DNA from: Octopus vulgaris
Taxonomy: Eukaryota
Assembly: GCA_951406725.2 (NCBI GenBank)
Contig: OX597817.1
Location: 111,166,001 to 111,230,000, forward strand
Length of the DNA: 64,000 nucleotides
Direction: 5' to 3'
Position 1 is the first letter of the stretch, and every line of letters begins with the position of its first letter. Positions 38,948-53,100 of the stretch are shown here, one piece after another. The notes under the pieces were generated by a model, which saw only the letters and a list, made by a program, of their open reading frames with translations, did not search any database and was not told the DNA's origin. The position numbers were made by a program, and so were the translations under genes.

Positions 38948-40045
38948 TAATTTCAGCTGTAACCACCCAGTCTTTCAGTATATCTGCATATATATATATG
39001 GCTTATTGTGTCTTTCCTGTTTTTAAAATGACAATGTGATATGAGGGCACTTGGCTGTTATTTCTAGCAGAGCAAACAACCATGTTAAAATTGCTCCTTT
39101 TAGTAAGTTTCAGCACAGATGTTTAAACTATTTATTAGGCTGTTGATGAATGTTTAAAGGTTTGCATAATATAATGTCTATCAAATTGTATCTGAATTGT
39201 CTTTTCATCTTGATGGAGCTGTTGTAAGTGTGTTTTCAGCCTGTTTCTGTTTTAAATCTAAAGATTAAAATGAATTCCAAAGAAGCTTTTCAGTTAATCC
39301 TTTCTCTAGTAAATTAGTTTTTTTTATTTATTTTCCCCTTCTTTGTTTTACTCATTCTTTCAACTTTCCCATTCTCTTTTCATCTATATCTGCTTCATCT
39401 TTCTCCCTCCTTCCATCTCTATCTCTCTCTCTCCCCAATTGTGCATGATTTCTTGATAAAATGGACTAATAGAGTTTGTTTAGAGGAATGATAGACAGAT
39501 CTGCATAGCTTTGCTGATTACTTTCCCATTTAAATGCCATATTTTTGCAGTCCTCTTCATATATATATATATATATATATTCTGCTTAATTATTTTATGG
39601 CATTTTATCTGCTCTGCTCACTATACTAGCAATTTATCATATTTCAACTTGATATAATATTATATCTGACATCAAATTGTCTTCTTTCTAAAACTTAAGC
39701 CTCCCAGTATATATCCTAAAGCTGTCGAAGCAACTTCATTTACAATAAAGGGTTTGCATATATTTGTTTGCTTTTTAAATCTTTCTCTTCGTTCCTTTCC
39801 CCCATTTAATTGGCATCTGAAATGTAATGCTTTCTGTATATTATCTGTTCCTTTTACTACATGTTTACAAAATGGGATCACATTTTTTTCTTTTTTATTG
39901 GCTGTGACCTTTTAAGGGACAAAATAGGAAGTATAGAGAATTTGCTTTCTACTTGTCACTTTTAATTTTGAGTAAGCTATATTGATGAATTCTAATTAAG
40001 TGTATGTCCCTGTGATATTATTTATGAGTCATAATGATATCTTTT

Positions 40046-40410
40046 GTCTTTTACTTGTTTCAATCATTAGACTGTGGTCATGTTGGGCACCAACTTAGAG
40101 AATTTTTTAGTCAAATGAATCAATCCCAGCACTTATTTTTTAAAACCTGGTACTTATTCTGTTGGTTTCTTTTGCTGAACTGCTAAGTTATAGAGACATA
40201 AATACACCAGCACCTTTTGATAAGCAATGATAGGGAATAAACATATGTGTGTGTGTGTCGGGCTTCTTTCAGTTTCCATCTACCAAATCCACTCACAAGG
40301 TTTTGGTTGGTCTGTGGCTACAATAAAACACACTTGTCCTAGGTGCCATGCAATGGGACTGAACCTAGAACTATATGGTTGGGAAGCAAGTTTCTTACCA
40401 CACAGCCATA
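40046..40410 (-). mobile_element. tRNA-derived CORE-like SINE
   Basis: Colinear with 17801-18196. Confidence 0.85.
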
Positions 40411-41976
40411 TCTGGCCCTATCTTGTTAGGATAAGTACAAAGTTACACCATCATAAATGATATTTTTAATCTAACATTTTAAAATTTGACTTTGACTTTG
40501 TCATTAGTTTAATTAAGACTTTAACTTTCTCAGTCTCTGATATTAATCTTGAATGGAATTTGGCTGCTTTTGCCAATCTTGATATTTTCTAAGAGGAAGC
40601 CTCTGTGTAGTCACTCCAGCTACTAGAAATAGCAGCTAAATTCCCTCCATATCATATTATTTCTTCTTAGAAAAGAACACGTTGGATAAGGTATGTGTGC
40701 ATGAGTGGGAAAATACTAGATGGTCATTGCTTGAATGTTTTTGATAACAGGCTTATATGATCATGCTGTCCTAGAGAAAAATATCAAAAATTTTTCTCTT
40801 TGATTTTTTCTTTTTTTGTCCTGTGTGCAAAGTTTGACAATCTATTCATTTTACCATCATACTAAATTTTACAAAATCCTGTTTTATCTTGTATAAAAAT
40901 TACACAGCTTGTGATAATTTTCCTCTTATTTCTATGAGAAGATAACAGCTACAGAGATTTCTAATTCTGTTCTTCACATTTTAAAGAACAAAATATCAGT
41001 GCTGGGCTGTTCCTGCCTTTTCTAAAGGCTTTAGCAATGTAAGTGAAGTGACATAGTTAAGACTGGGAGTTTAAGTTGAGTTGTGGACCCAGCTTACTGG
41101 AAATCCTATTTTTCTGTGTATGTATGTGTGTGTGTTTACCTTCTGTTGTACAGTACTTCACTATCTCAATTAAATCCCAAATGATTTAATTTGTTGTCTT
41201 GACATAGTTTATAACAAATCAATTTTCACAAGAAAATGTATCTTTGAATGTAAATTAGTATCATGTATATTTATAACATTATGAGACAAGTCTAGTTTGT
41301 GAAGCTAATTATATGCATAACTGGAAATGATATGGGTACAATGCTAAATGCTGCCATGACAATAGTTATTCATCTGACACATACACACTATTAATGGGTG
41401 AATTTGTATTAAAAAAAGAACTGAAATTATTCTTTGGTTGATAGGCTTTATCACACATTTGTATAATTAATTACTTGATCATCTCTCTCCTTGCCATTTA
41501 TAATTGCCTTATTTCTTATACTTGGAACTATGATAAACACTTTCACAATTCTTTTTGCATGTCCACCCAACAACTAAGGGCTTGAGTTCTGAAACTGAAA
41601 CTTTGATAGGTTATGTGGAAAAATCCAAAATTGATCAGATCATCATCACCATCATTGTCATCAAACATGCATCACCAACCCTTTTGGTCATTTCTCAAGA
41701 CATGCAAGGACACAGTGTAGCTCTTCTAAAGCCAGGATACACATGGTATCCAAAATTGATCAGATATATAGATGAATTAATTAGCAACATGTTAAGCTCA
41801 TATCAGAAAATAATAGCTCTTTACTTTTGTTAAAACACCAGACTAGACAACTCTTTCTTTCAAAAGAGATCAGTAGATATTACTTTATGATTTAATTCCT
41901 TTTCTTCACCTTTCTCTCTTGCTATACACATGCACATGCATACACACACAAACACACACACACACTGAGAGATGCT

Positions 41977-42025
<49 letters not shown>

Positions 42026-42959
42026 ACATGGTTGTATACTTATACACAAATAGTATATCTTCTTCAACTTCATAATCCATCTTAAGTTTCGGTAAATTTC
42101 CAATGTTTTAATGTGTTCTGAAGTAATACAGAATATACTTCAAACACTCTTCAAAAGATATATATTTCTTTGTGAAGTAGATATTACTCGATATTCCATT
42201 TTTGGTAGTTATCTGACTGTCAGTCAACATCAGCTTGAGTAGTTCTTTTATTGAGAATAATTCAGCATTTACAGCCTTGGCTAGAAGATAAGAAAAGAGA
42301 AAAACTTTTCAGGTGATGAAGAGGCTTTCTCTTAGATTTTTACATATTTTGCTCAAAGCTTTGATTGGATATAACTGTTGATTCTTGACATAATAAATTG
42401 ATTCAGGTTTGCATTCTGTAGAATATCATGATGCTTGTGAAGGAGGTCAGGATTTTTTAGGTCAAACTTTATTCAGGTTAACTCTATAGAATATGCATAC
42501 ATCTTGCTGTTGTTCATGTTGTTTAGCCCCAAGTCAGCCTTGTTGAGACACCATCTAGTCTTTGGGTATCTTTATTAGGGTTCCATTTTTGTTGTAAATA
42601 TTCAGGCCAGGTTACCAATCTGAAGATAAATTCCTTCAGTAACTCTGTTGTAAATGATTTTTAAACATTCCATCCATGACCATCTCATCTTTTTTGCCAG
42701 TCACAGACTATCTAGGACTACATTTTTAAATATGACCTTTAAAACAACAAAATTAAGAGAAATTTGCCATCTATTTCTAGCAGGGAAATCAATTACATAG
42801 AAGGTCCTTCATGATTTGGGTAAAAGAAGTCAAGTGTAGTTTTATTTCATGCATGGGACACTCAGATATATTCTGTGGGTATACATATATACAAAATAAG
42901 ACAAAGTGTATTCACAATTTGTAAAGTTTTCCCTAAGCATGATAAAAAGAATTTTTGGA

Positions 42960-44215
42960 GCAATGGTATACATAACAAGCCACCTTGAAACCAGAAATTT
43001 CCATGACTGCAAAGAGTAAGTACTTTTTCCCTGCTGACATTTCCTGCTCTCTGGATGCATGTTGAGAGTCAACACATTCATTTAAGCCATGCTTTCCACT
43101 CTTGCACACATTTCAACAAAATTATTAGAGAGCAGTTTCTCTCTCCACTTCCACCTTCCTCTCCAAATAAAACTTGAAGAAGTTGATGATGGCTTGGTCA
43201 AAGTAGAAAGTATTTGTCCTCAGTCCTTTTAATCATCCACCTCGTTTTCCATGGCCTAGAAAACTGCTTGTCCTTTCTGTCCAGAGGAAGCCTTCTTTAA
43301 GACAAACTTGGTTGATAGCTGGATCAATTCTGTATTCAACACCAGCTTTTCAGCATAGTGCCATGAGTCAGCAATGCTCAGACACTAAAAGTGTGCATGC
43401 CGAATAACATTGATGCCCAATGCGCATGTAGAACAGAAATGGCTGATAGCATTTCTGTCCCTGTAGAGTAGTTCTTGAACCAACAATGAATCCCTGTGAG
43501 CAATGAGTGGTCAGGAATTTTGGAAAATTATTCTTAATCCCTAGGCAGAAAGTCCTCTGGAATAGAAGATTTAATTTCATCAGCACCCATAGTTTCTCCA
43601 AGAACACTGTCACATTTCTCTTTATCTAGTCTTCTGAGGATTGCTAAATTCCACTGCCATGTTACCTGATTGACTGAGAAGGCTGTGAGCATTTGACAAC
43701 ATTTCAGATGCTGGGTGCCCAGACTTGGCCTTTGCTAGACTCAGGACTGCAACTCTGTCAAAGAAACAAACTGTGGAAGTATAGTTTTACAAATGGTAAC
43801 CTGCTCACCATCCAGGAATCTCTGCAGATGGCATAGCTTGAGCAGATCTCTATGCATCACCTGCCCTGATATACTGGGTCTGCCGTGCAAAAGGTGTTGA
43901 CAAAAGATGGACTATCTGATCAGTGGTACATGGTCCTTTCAAAAGAAGTGAAAGTAGACGCTTCAATCTGGTTATACAAGAATTAGAGTAAAACATAATG
44001 ATCTGGTCAGCAATAATATATAATAGAGAGATAATGAATATGCTTGATTTTTCTGGGTTAGCTTCCTTTCAGTCAATTTCTAGTGAGCCTCATAACACTG
44101 CTCATAACTATTTCCTAGTTCAATGAGCCAGACCCCTAAGCAACTAATTAAACCATTGGCCCAGTGCCCCATAACACTAACTCTGCTCAGTGTGGACTTG
44201 CCTCTCCAGGTGCTA
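42960..44215 (-). mobile_element. Older decayed copy of the Tx1/L1-like LINE
   Basis: Shares tggacttgcctctccaggtgc (44193-44213 vs 15166-15186), ccatccaggaa, aaacttgaagaagttgatga and other blocks, in order, with 13695-15220. Confidence 0.75.
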
Positions 44216-44502
44216 CTTTTGTTGTTATTTTAGATGTATTCTATTTACTCATTTTCACTTTACAGTGACTAATATAGCTGGTGATATCCCCTCCAGACTT
44301 TATTATGTGACTAGTCAACACTGTAAAACAACAATTATCAAATACAAACATTCTTAAACCACCTCTGCTTCATTCATCTCCTCCTCTCTCCGTTAAGTTT
44401 CTGTGTCTCTTGTTTCTTTACTATATCAGTTTGCCTGAAGCAACTCACACACTCTCTGTATATGTGTGTATGTGTTATAAATACACACACATGCACACAT
44501 AC

Positions 44503-44534
<32 letters not shown>

Positions 44535-46412
44535 CTCCCTCTCAGTGTTTTTTTAATCTCTACTGCTACCTTTTTCTTCCTGTCACACTCTCTCCTACAG
44601 ATATGCATACAACCACATATACAAGCCTTGCAGGCAGCTTTACACTATATAACAGGTGAGCAAGCCTACCTGTCTGAATGATCCCTTACCTGCTCTTAAC
44701 TACCCCCATCCCCATCCTCTCTTTACGTAGACACATTCTCTTTCTTTCTCACTCCCTTCAGTCGCCTCGCAGCTTTATACATGCCTACATTGATTTATGT
44801 GGTCGGAACAGAAATTCCCTCACAATCCCTTTGTATATGTGGTGTTATTTCCCTCAATAACTGATAGGTAATTTTAATGGGTACAAGTAACCAAGGTAAA
44901 TCAGACTGTGATGGACTTACTCCAACACTTGACCAGGTAGGGAAACATTAATAGCATAACTTTTAGTTCTTTCATCATTATTTTGCTTTATTTTGAAATT
45001 CTCTGTTTTTTTTAATTTTGCACAATCATCAATAGTTGTATGGTCTGCTAGAAATAGCAACCAAATCTCCCTCAAAATTACACTCTACCATCTAAGAAAA
45101 AAGAAAGCGGTACAACAGAAAATTTAGTCCTATATCTGATGAATAAGACTGATCTGAGACTAAATGACGACACATCAATATAAGAAAACACATGTGCACA
45201 CACACACACCACAAATTATCGCAAGTCAGTATTTTGAACAATGTAATGTTTTATCACTATTACTTTTTATTCAAATTAAATTTTTGTTTTTATTTCTATA
45301 TTTTTTTAGCTCTATTTATTCATCTTTATATTTTTGATAAGATATTTGTATTTTACTTCTCAATGATCAATAGCTTATCATACAAAGATTTGGGTCACTT
45401 TTACTGTTATTCGTTTTATTTTTGTATTTATTTGTTTTCGTTTTTTAATTAAAAATGTTAATGATTAATAATTGTATTTACTATTCAGAGTATTTTTATT
45501 ACATCTCTTATTTCATCCACTTATTCTAAAAGTTTCTTTCTGCTAAAATATTATGGCTCAATTTCTTCTAAGAAATAGAAAGTTTGTGACATTCATGCTG
45601 AGAATTGAAACTCTTTCACAGTTTTGGGTTTTTCATTCATTTATTTTTATTCCAAGGGGTTAGCAGAGGTTGGAATTACTTTGAGAAATTATTTAGATAT
45701 TTACTTTCTCCATTTTTATAATGTTTCTGTCTTTATTTTGTATTTGCTTAAACCAGCTGGTGGTGGTAGCTGTTTTACTCAAAGCCATCCCCAATTGAAG
45801 AAACCTTTGATCAAAGACATTCCAGCTGTGACCATCCTATTTTGTATTGATATAAGATGTTCAGACTGAGATCTTTCAATGTGTCTTTTCCTGTTGTTTC
45901 TTTTTTTTTCTTTTGTTTTTGAAGGCATACAGTATGATTTGAAAGTTGATTTTGATGCTATTTTTAGCAGATTAAATAACAAATAGAGACTCTTACATTA
46001 GTCATAATAAGATTTGTTTCTTTTTAAGCACCAGGCAGACATATGACCATAAGTGTCCTCACTGTGAACACCTTGTTTTTGTATATCAGACATTACATTA
46101 GCCAATATATCCATATTTAAATTGGGAGTGTAGTAATTTGAGTGAGATTTGGCTGTTATTACTAGGAGTTGAGTGACTTCTAAATATAGTCATAATTACC
46201 AACTGTGACAAACAGTGACACCAGTACTGCAAGGGGCTGATATTTTACTATTCATTTTCTTTCACTACCTTTTGTTTTCATTGAGTGTATTTTTACATGT
46301 TGACTCTATTTGTAAGAATAACAAAGTCACTGTTGAGCTTTCTATTTCTCTTTTGCGACTACCTATGTAATATACGGGTAGCATATGTGTGGATGCAAAC
46401 GTGTTTCCACAT

Positions 46413-46460
<48 letters not shown>

Positions 46461-46472
46461 GCGCATCTTTTA

Positions 46473-46685
46473 TCTTTTACTTGTTTCACTCTTTAGGCTG
46501 CATCTATGCTAGGGCACTGTCTTGAAGAATTTCAATTGAACAATTTGACCCCAGAACTTATCTTTTTTTAAGCTTGGTAATTTTTCTATCAGTATCTTTT
46601 GCTGAGCCACTAAGTTATGGTTGCATAAACACACTAACAGCGATTATCAAGTGGTGGTTAGGGACAAACACAGACACAAAATCAC
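46473..46685 (-). mobile_element. CORE-like SINE 3' half, ending at its internal microsatellite
   Basis: cttttacttgtttcac...ggacaaacacagacaca matches the family. Confidence 0.75.
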
Positions 46686-46756
46686 GTACCCATATATATA
46701 TATATATATATATATACATACATACATACATACATACATGTATATACCCGTATATA

Positions 46757-46789
<33 letters not shown>

Positions 46790-47063
46790 GTCACGTGACC
46801 GACCAGACCATCAGATGTTGCTACACATCGCTGGTCACAATGCGTTCGCATTGTTTTAGCCTTCGAATGACGCCATCCTGCTGGCTAAGTGAGCAGGCCA
46901 ACAGAAGAAAGAGTGGTGAAAGAGTACAGCAGGGATCACCACCCCCTGCCGGAGCCTCATGGAGCTTTTAGGCATTTTCGCTCATTAAACACTCACAATG
47001 CCTGGTCTGGGAATCGAAACTGCGATCCTACGACCGCGAGTCCGCTGCCCTAACCACTGGGCC

Positions 47064-47065
<2 letters not shown>
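46790..47065 (-). mobile_element. Young tRNA-derived SINE (third family) inserted in (TA)n
   Basis: Minus strand atggcccagtggttagggcagcggactcgcggtcgtaggatcgcagtttcgattccc has A and B boxes, followed by a ~200 bp non-tRNA body; CpG-rich; TA repeats on both sides. Confidence 0.85.
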
Positions 47066-47112
<47 letters not shown>

Positions 47113-47453
47113 TGTATACACACACACATATAACTTTGAGGACATATGTAAATACATAGGATGTATATATGTGGATGTATGTCTAATTTTTTTTGTGTGA
47201 GTGTGTATAGGTGTGTACATATGTGTGTGCGTGCATGTAAATATTAACATGAAAGATGGAGTGAGCAATCCATTATATTACATAATCCTACAATTGTTTC
47301 ATTGATATTTTATCCAAAGAGTATGGCTTTGATATTATTATATATGTGCAACATTACACCACGTTGCTATTATTGTGCTAATACTACAAGATATCAACAC
47401 ATCAAGTTAAAGTACAAAATCCATTTTATGCAAATGTATCTATGTGTATATGT

Positions 47454-47488
<35 letters not shown>

Positions 47489-48353
47489 CTAAAACTTACT
47501 TGGAAATGGATGCATGGCATTCTATCATATAATAATATAAATAATATATAAATATATGCATATATATATACATGCTGTCTCTACCTTTGAAATGCAGAGT
47601 AGATAAAACAGTGGACAACTGATGAAGGGAATGTTCTTTATGTTGCTTGTTTAGTTTCTCTATTTGTTTCGTTTGTTGTTCAAAAAAATATTCGTATTCT
47701 ATATTTTTGATTTTTATGTTCTCATTTCTCATTTTGTTCACATGTTTTTGATGTCCTGTACCCATATATGCATGTATATATACATATATATGTAAGTATG
47801 TACATATATGTATATATATATGCATACATTTATATATTATTTATATTATATATATATATATGAATGTATGTATGTATGTATGTATGTTTATGCATATATA
47901 ATCATTATCTATTTTGTATTTAAATTTTGTGTTTTTCACAAATTAGATAACTGACAGTGTATCCATTCTAATAATAGAAAAAGCTTCAGTTGAAACCCTT
48001 GCTATTTCCATTGTATTTGCATCCATACATACTTATGTGTGTATGTATTTACTTCTGTGTGCATGCACATATATCTATGCCTGTACACATACATGCATGC
48101 ACACACTCACACACACACAAGTTTATCAAAACATGAAGTTATAGTTGTGCCCTAGGTTAGCTATGTAGAATAGGAGTGTGGTATGCAGGTATTCAATCAA
48201 ATGACTTAATGGGACCCACAGAAGCAGTGTTCCTGATATAGCAATGTTCTACCTCTTGAAGGCTTATACTATGTAATATCAGGTCATCCTATAAGCTCTG
48301 TCTGAATTTTGAATAAAGAAAGCAAGTGATCAAATGTTATATTTAATTTAAAT

Positions 48354-49313
48354 TTAATCATCAATGTACTTTCCCTAATTATCTTTGGCTTCCTTCCATC
48401 TATTTACAAGCTTTCTAATCCCATCAATGTAAAACTCTTTTGGTTTCAAAGCGAAGAACTCAGAAATGTCAGTTTACACCTCCTCCTGGCTTGCGAAAGT
48501 TATGTTCCTCAAATGATTCTACAAACTACAAAACAAATGGTAGTCTGAAGGAGCAAGGTCAGGAGAATAAGGTGGATGAGGAATTTTTTCCCTAGCTCTT
48601 CGATCGTCTGTGATGTAATCTTTGCAGTGTGGGGTCGCGCATTGTCCTGATAAACACCACTCCTTTTCAATTCACTAAAGCGGGTTTTTTTTTCTTTCAA
48701 AACTTGGTTCAAACACTCTAATTAGTGACAGTAGACTTGATCATTGATTGTTGCATTAGATGGTAACAATTCAAAGTGAATTACTTCTTTGGAATCCCAC
48801 CAGATAGAGAGAAGAACCTTTTTTCCATGAAGTTCCCTTCTCGGTTATGGTTGAGCTTTTTCCCTTTTACCAAGCCACTGTTTACGACATTTAACATTTC
48901 GATAGAATGGAATGAAGAGCAGATGTCAACTCAGGATTTGCGATTGCTTTTGGACAATTCATGAGGCACCCATTTTCCAAGTTTAGGAACCTTTCCAAGT
49001 TGTTGAAGATGACAATGAATAGTTGTATGGTTTGAACTAAGCTTTATTGCCAATTCTTCAACTGATAATGCTGGATTTTCTTCAAGTAATGCCTCAAGGA
49101 GCTTATCATCAAACTCAACTGGACATCCTGGTTGATCTTCATCTTCAAGGCTGAAATCTCTTCTGAATTTTGCAAACCATCTTCTGCAAGTCCTTTCATA
49201 CAAGCATTCTTTCCCATAAACTGAGTGTATGTTTCAAGCCACTTTGGCTGCAGAGTTTCCTTTTTTGTACTCATAAAGTATTATGTCCTTAAATACTCTT
49301 TGGATACTTCCAT
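48354..49313 (-). pseudogene. mariner transposase pseudogene (stops and frameshifts)
   Basis: MEVSKEYLR start; ERTCRRWFAKFR (HTH), LGKWVPHEL, QDNARPH and PYSPDLAPSDYHLF motifs; ends GKYIDD*. Confidence 0.92.
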
Positions 49314-49330
49314 ATTAGAAAGTGTTTTAA

Positions 49331-50190
49331 CCCTTTCGTTACTATATTTCTGACCAAAATACACCCCTTATGTGTTTCAATTAATTTCTAACATAATCAT
49401 AAATTTAGTCTGGTTTCATTAAACAACTATAACTTTTTTATTTATCAATATATTAATGTGATTTTTGGAAGATAATTTAATGAAATGTTCTCAACCAATT
49501 CTATACTATAATTTTTGTCACAAAGTGACTCTAATTGCAGGTAGATACAGGTAAATTCAACAAAATATAAAATTATTAAAATTTTGTTCAAACATCGCTA
49601 TAGAAAATGGGTTATTAGCTAATATTCAGTTGGGTATACAACAAAATTTTACGATAGAATTTGTTATTCTGGGTAACTTTCTGATACCCATAATAATATT
49701 TATGGCAAAATAGTCTTAATTTCATTTAAGGTTGTGGGAAACCACTAACTATCCTTTCTTTTGCTTTGTTTACATTTAGCGTAACGGTTTGTTTCCGCCG
49801 TAATGAGTTCAAATAGACTCATCAGAAAAAGTAAAAAGAAATAGTCTATCACTTTACTCTCCTGGGAAAGTCTGTGGCTTGGTCCAGTTTCTTCAGAAAA
49901 ATCACCGAAAGAAACAGTTTTTAAATTTTCACTCCATTCAGGTGCCAATTCATTTTCTTTATCGCTGTCGGAGCTCTCGGATTCACTGTTTTCACTTTCG
50001 GAAAATGAAACATCAGATTCATTATCAAATACCACGTGCTTTTTTTTTTCAGTCATAGAGTTAGATTTATCAAGGTCTTCAGTAGAAAATCCTTTGAATT
50101 CTGACTTGCTGCTTGATATAATGAAATTCGTATCCATTTTTTGTCAGAATCACAAATTTTGAAAACACAATAGGAACAAATTTCGGAAAA
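49331..50190 (-). mobile_element. Internally deleted piggyBac fragment (transposase N-terminus plus one terminus)
   Basis: TTAA-cccttt terminus at 49327-49336. ORF 50137-49745 has an acidic Ser-rich N-terminus then FSEETGP...DYFFLLF...LFELITAETNRYA; beyond the stop it continues WFPTTLNEIK / YFAINIIMGIRKLP, all piggyBac-type motifs. Confidence 0.85.
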
Positions 50191-53100
50191 AAAAGGTGAA
50201 ATTGGACAGAACTTATGGAATGACCTGATACTTTGTAATGTAGAGATGTGGAACAATCCGGACATCTTGCTTCCCCTTATACACTCACCTCTTTCCAATT
50301 TGATTTAAAATGCTTGTTGATTCACTATGTGTTGCTACAGTTGTGGGACACTTTGGGAACAATTTTATTGTTCTCCAGCACAGTGTTTGGACTAATGCTA
50401 TTATCATTATTATGCTTGTTTTCTTTTCATGTCTGTCTTGACTGTATAAGATAGATAGTGTTGTAATTCCCATTGTTGTTGTTTAACCCCTAATTAGTCC
50501 TGAGCAAGCAAACCTATGATCAAAGGCAATGATATTCCACTTATTTATTAGATGGACATAGAGTGTCTGCAAGGATTAAATCTGGAGGAAATTTGACTGC
50601 TATTTCTTTCTTACATCTTGAACAACTACTTAAAAGCTCCTTCAGTGGTTTTATAGTGTTGTAAATATGTCTGGGTGTTTGGCATTATTGGTAAGAATTC
50701 TTCTTATATTCATGTGATTCTCATTATGTGACACCTTGGGCATGTGTCTTCTACCAAAACCTTAGGTCATCATCCTAAGCCTTGTGAGTGAAACAGTCAG
50801 AAATTGGGCATAAACCCATCAGATAGATTGTACCTGATCATGGATGGGAGATTTTATCTGCCACTCAGTTAAACAAACATATATATATATCTATATGTGT
50901 CACCTGGCGCTTGAGTATTTTTAGCTGAGTTACAAGATCTTGGACTGTCCCCAATTTGGGGATAATTCAAAATTGTGTACTTAATCCATCTCTGTTTAAT
51001 ACTATTACCTACCATCTTGGATGCTTTTTGTTGAGCCCACTTTGTTGTAAGCATTTGGGCCAGGTCTCCATTTTGAGGATAACTTATTCCCTCCCACTCA
51101 CCATTCTTGGAGGCCCTGTAAAAGATCATGAGCAGCAGTAACTACCTTCCTGACGAAAAGATTAATGAAAAAAGGAAAAAAGCTACAATCTGCCTCTACT
51201 GTAGCCTCTAAATTGTGGTATGTTTTTTTTTCTTTTTCCTCTTCAAGTCTTTGATAAAAAAAAAAAGCCAAGACTGTTGCCATCCATCTTGACTAAAACA
51301 AATTAAATTAAAATTAATCTCATAATCCTAGGGATATCAAAGAATGGACCTTGGTGCTGTGTCCCTCATAACATTTTTAGTTTTTTTTTTTTTTGTTTCA
51401 CTGTGTAAATGATGTGTGTGTGTGTGTGTGGTCACTGTGTAACCTGTGATGTGAAATGCACTGTTTTTGTATTTTTTATTCTACAGTTTGTTGGGAGGAA
51501 TTTAGTATCCAGGCATTCTCCACCATGTGTTTAGCATTGTCTTTTTCTTTGATTTAATGAAATGTAATATCTGCTTGTGTTCTGTTAGTGTGTCATATTA
51601 ATTTCTCTCTTGTGTCTTCTGCTCTTGCTGTGGATGTTGAATGGGTGTGTATTACATGTAATTTTCCTTTTTTTTTTTTTTTTTCATTTCCTCTGTGTAT
51701 GTGGTGTGTTTGTATGTATACATGTTTGTACACAGTTTGTGTAGAAGCTGTATGGTTGAATGATTAAGAGGTTAGCTTTGCTATCACAAAATCTTGGGCA
51801 AGTGTCTTATAGCCTCAGGTCAACCTAAGCCTTGTGAGTGAAATTGGAATGATAGGAACTACGCAGTAGACCATTTTCTTTCTACTGAATTGTACTAGTA
51901 ATTCAAAGATCACTAACTGTGTCACACAAACTGCCTAAGAATTAAATTAAGGAAATGTGTCTGTTGAGTAGGCATTATATAGTAATGAATAGGTGTTTAG
52001 TTTTTAACTTATATGGATGCATGTTAACAGTGATTGAAACATTATCTGATAAGGAACACAATATGAAATATAGAATCAAATATATATATATTTGTGTGAG
52101 TGAGTGAGTGAGGCAGACAGACAGACAGAGAGCTGATTCTTTAATATACTTAAGATTTCATGAAAATATTTTGTAAACGATATATTTTCACTTCAATCTT
52201 ACTGTGAAATCCCTCTCTTGAAATAGTAAAGTATTCTTCTCCACGCTGATGCATATGAGTAAATGGGCACTTTTGAAATTTGATCTACTGATTGGCAGCT
52301 TTCACCATAATGTTATACCAATCCGGAACTCTTTTTGACTGCATAAACAGACAAGCATGCAATTCAATGAGGGAACAACTATGTGGTTGCTAAACCAACT
52401 AGAAATAATAGCTGAATAGCAACTGAAAGAGACAGAGGCAAAAATATTTTAGTGAGGCAAACAAATAAATTGCTATAGAATATTAACCATTCATTATATT
52501 TCCTTAGTATTTTTAACTACAATTATCTTTCAGAATTTTTTTTCTGGTATAGCCACAAAACCTGAAATTTTATGGAGAGGGCCTTAGTTGATACCACTGA
52601 CCAGTTCTTGACTAGTACTTTATTTTATTGACCTTGAGAAGGCAAAATATACTTCAGCAAGAGTACAGAGCAACATACATTTCCCCATTTAAATTCATTT
52701 TCAAATAGTAAAGTTGCATTCTGCTCTTTATCATCTAGCTTTCAAATTGATATGTAGCTGTGTAATCTGCTAGAAATAGCTGCTAAATTTTCACTTAAAT
52801 CTTGTCCTTTTTTACCAAAGAGAAGGATGAACTGAATAGTCTGATCAGTTGGGAAGCACCCTGGTATATTCAACTGTACCTTGAAACTGGTGCCCCAGCA
52901 TGGCCATAGTGCAATGACTGAAACTAGGAATAGATTGAAAGAATAGTATTTCAGTTGATTGTTCTTCTTATTTATATTTTACTTTAAACCATTTTTTGTA
53001 TTGTTGTTTTCAGTGATGTGTTATATCCACGAGACATTACCAGAGCACTTTTTTTTTTACTGCCTGCTGTTCCTTTGTTCATTTGTTAATCGTATATTTT

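Larger units (their letters stand above)
48279..50228 (-). mobile_element. mariner DNA transposon with both TIRs and TA target duplication, carrying a piggyBac fragment
   Basis: TA-tcaggtcatcctataagctctgtc at 48277 and gacagaacttatggaatgacctga-TA ending 50230. Confidence 0.9.

Noticed and set aside
46995-47065. tRNA-like sequence on the minus strand
   Set aside because: No proper acceptor stem, and it continues into a repeat body, so it is a SINE head rather than a tRNA gene.
49745-50137. 130-aa ORF as a domesticated PGBD gene
   Set aside because: A stop and a frameshift follow, the catalytic DDD domain is deleted, and it lies within a transposon.
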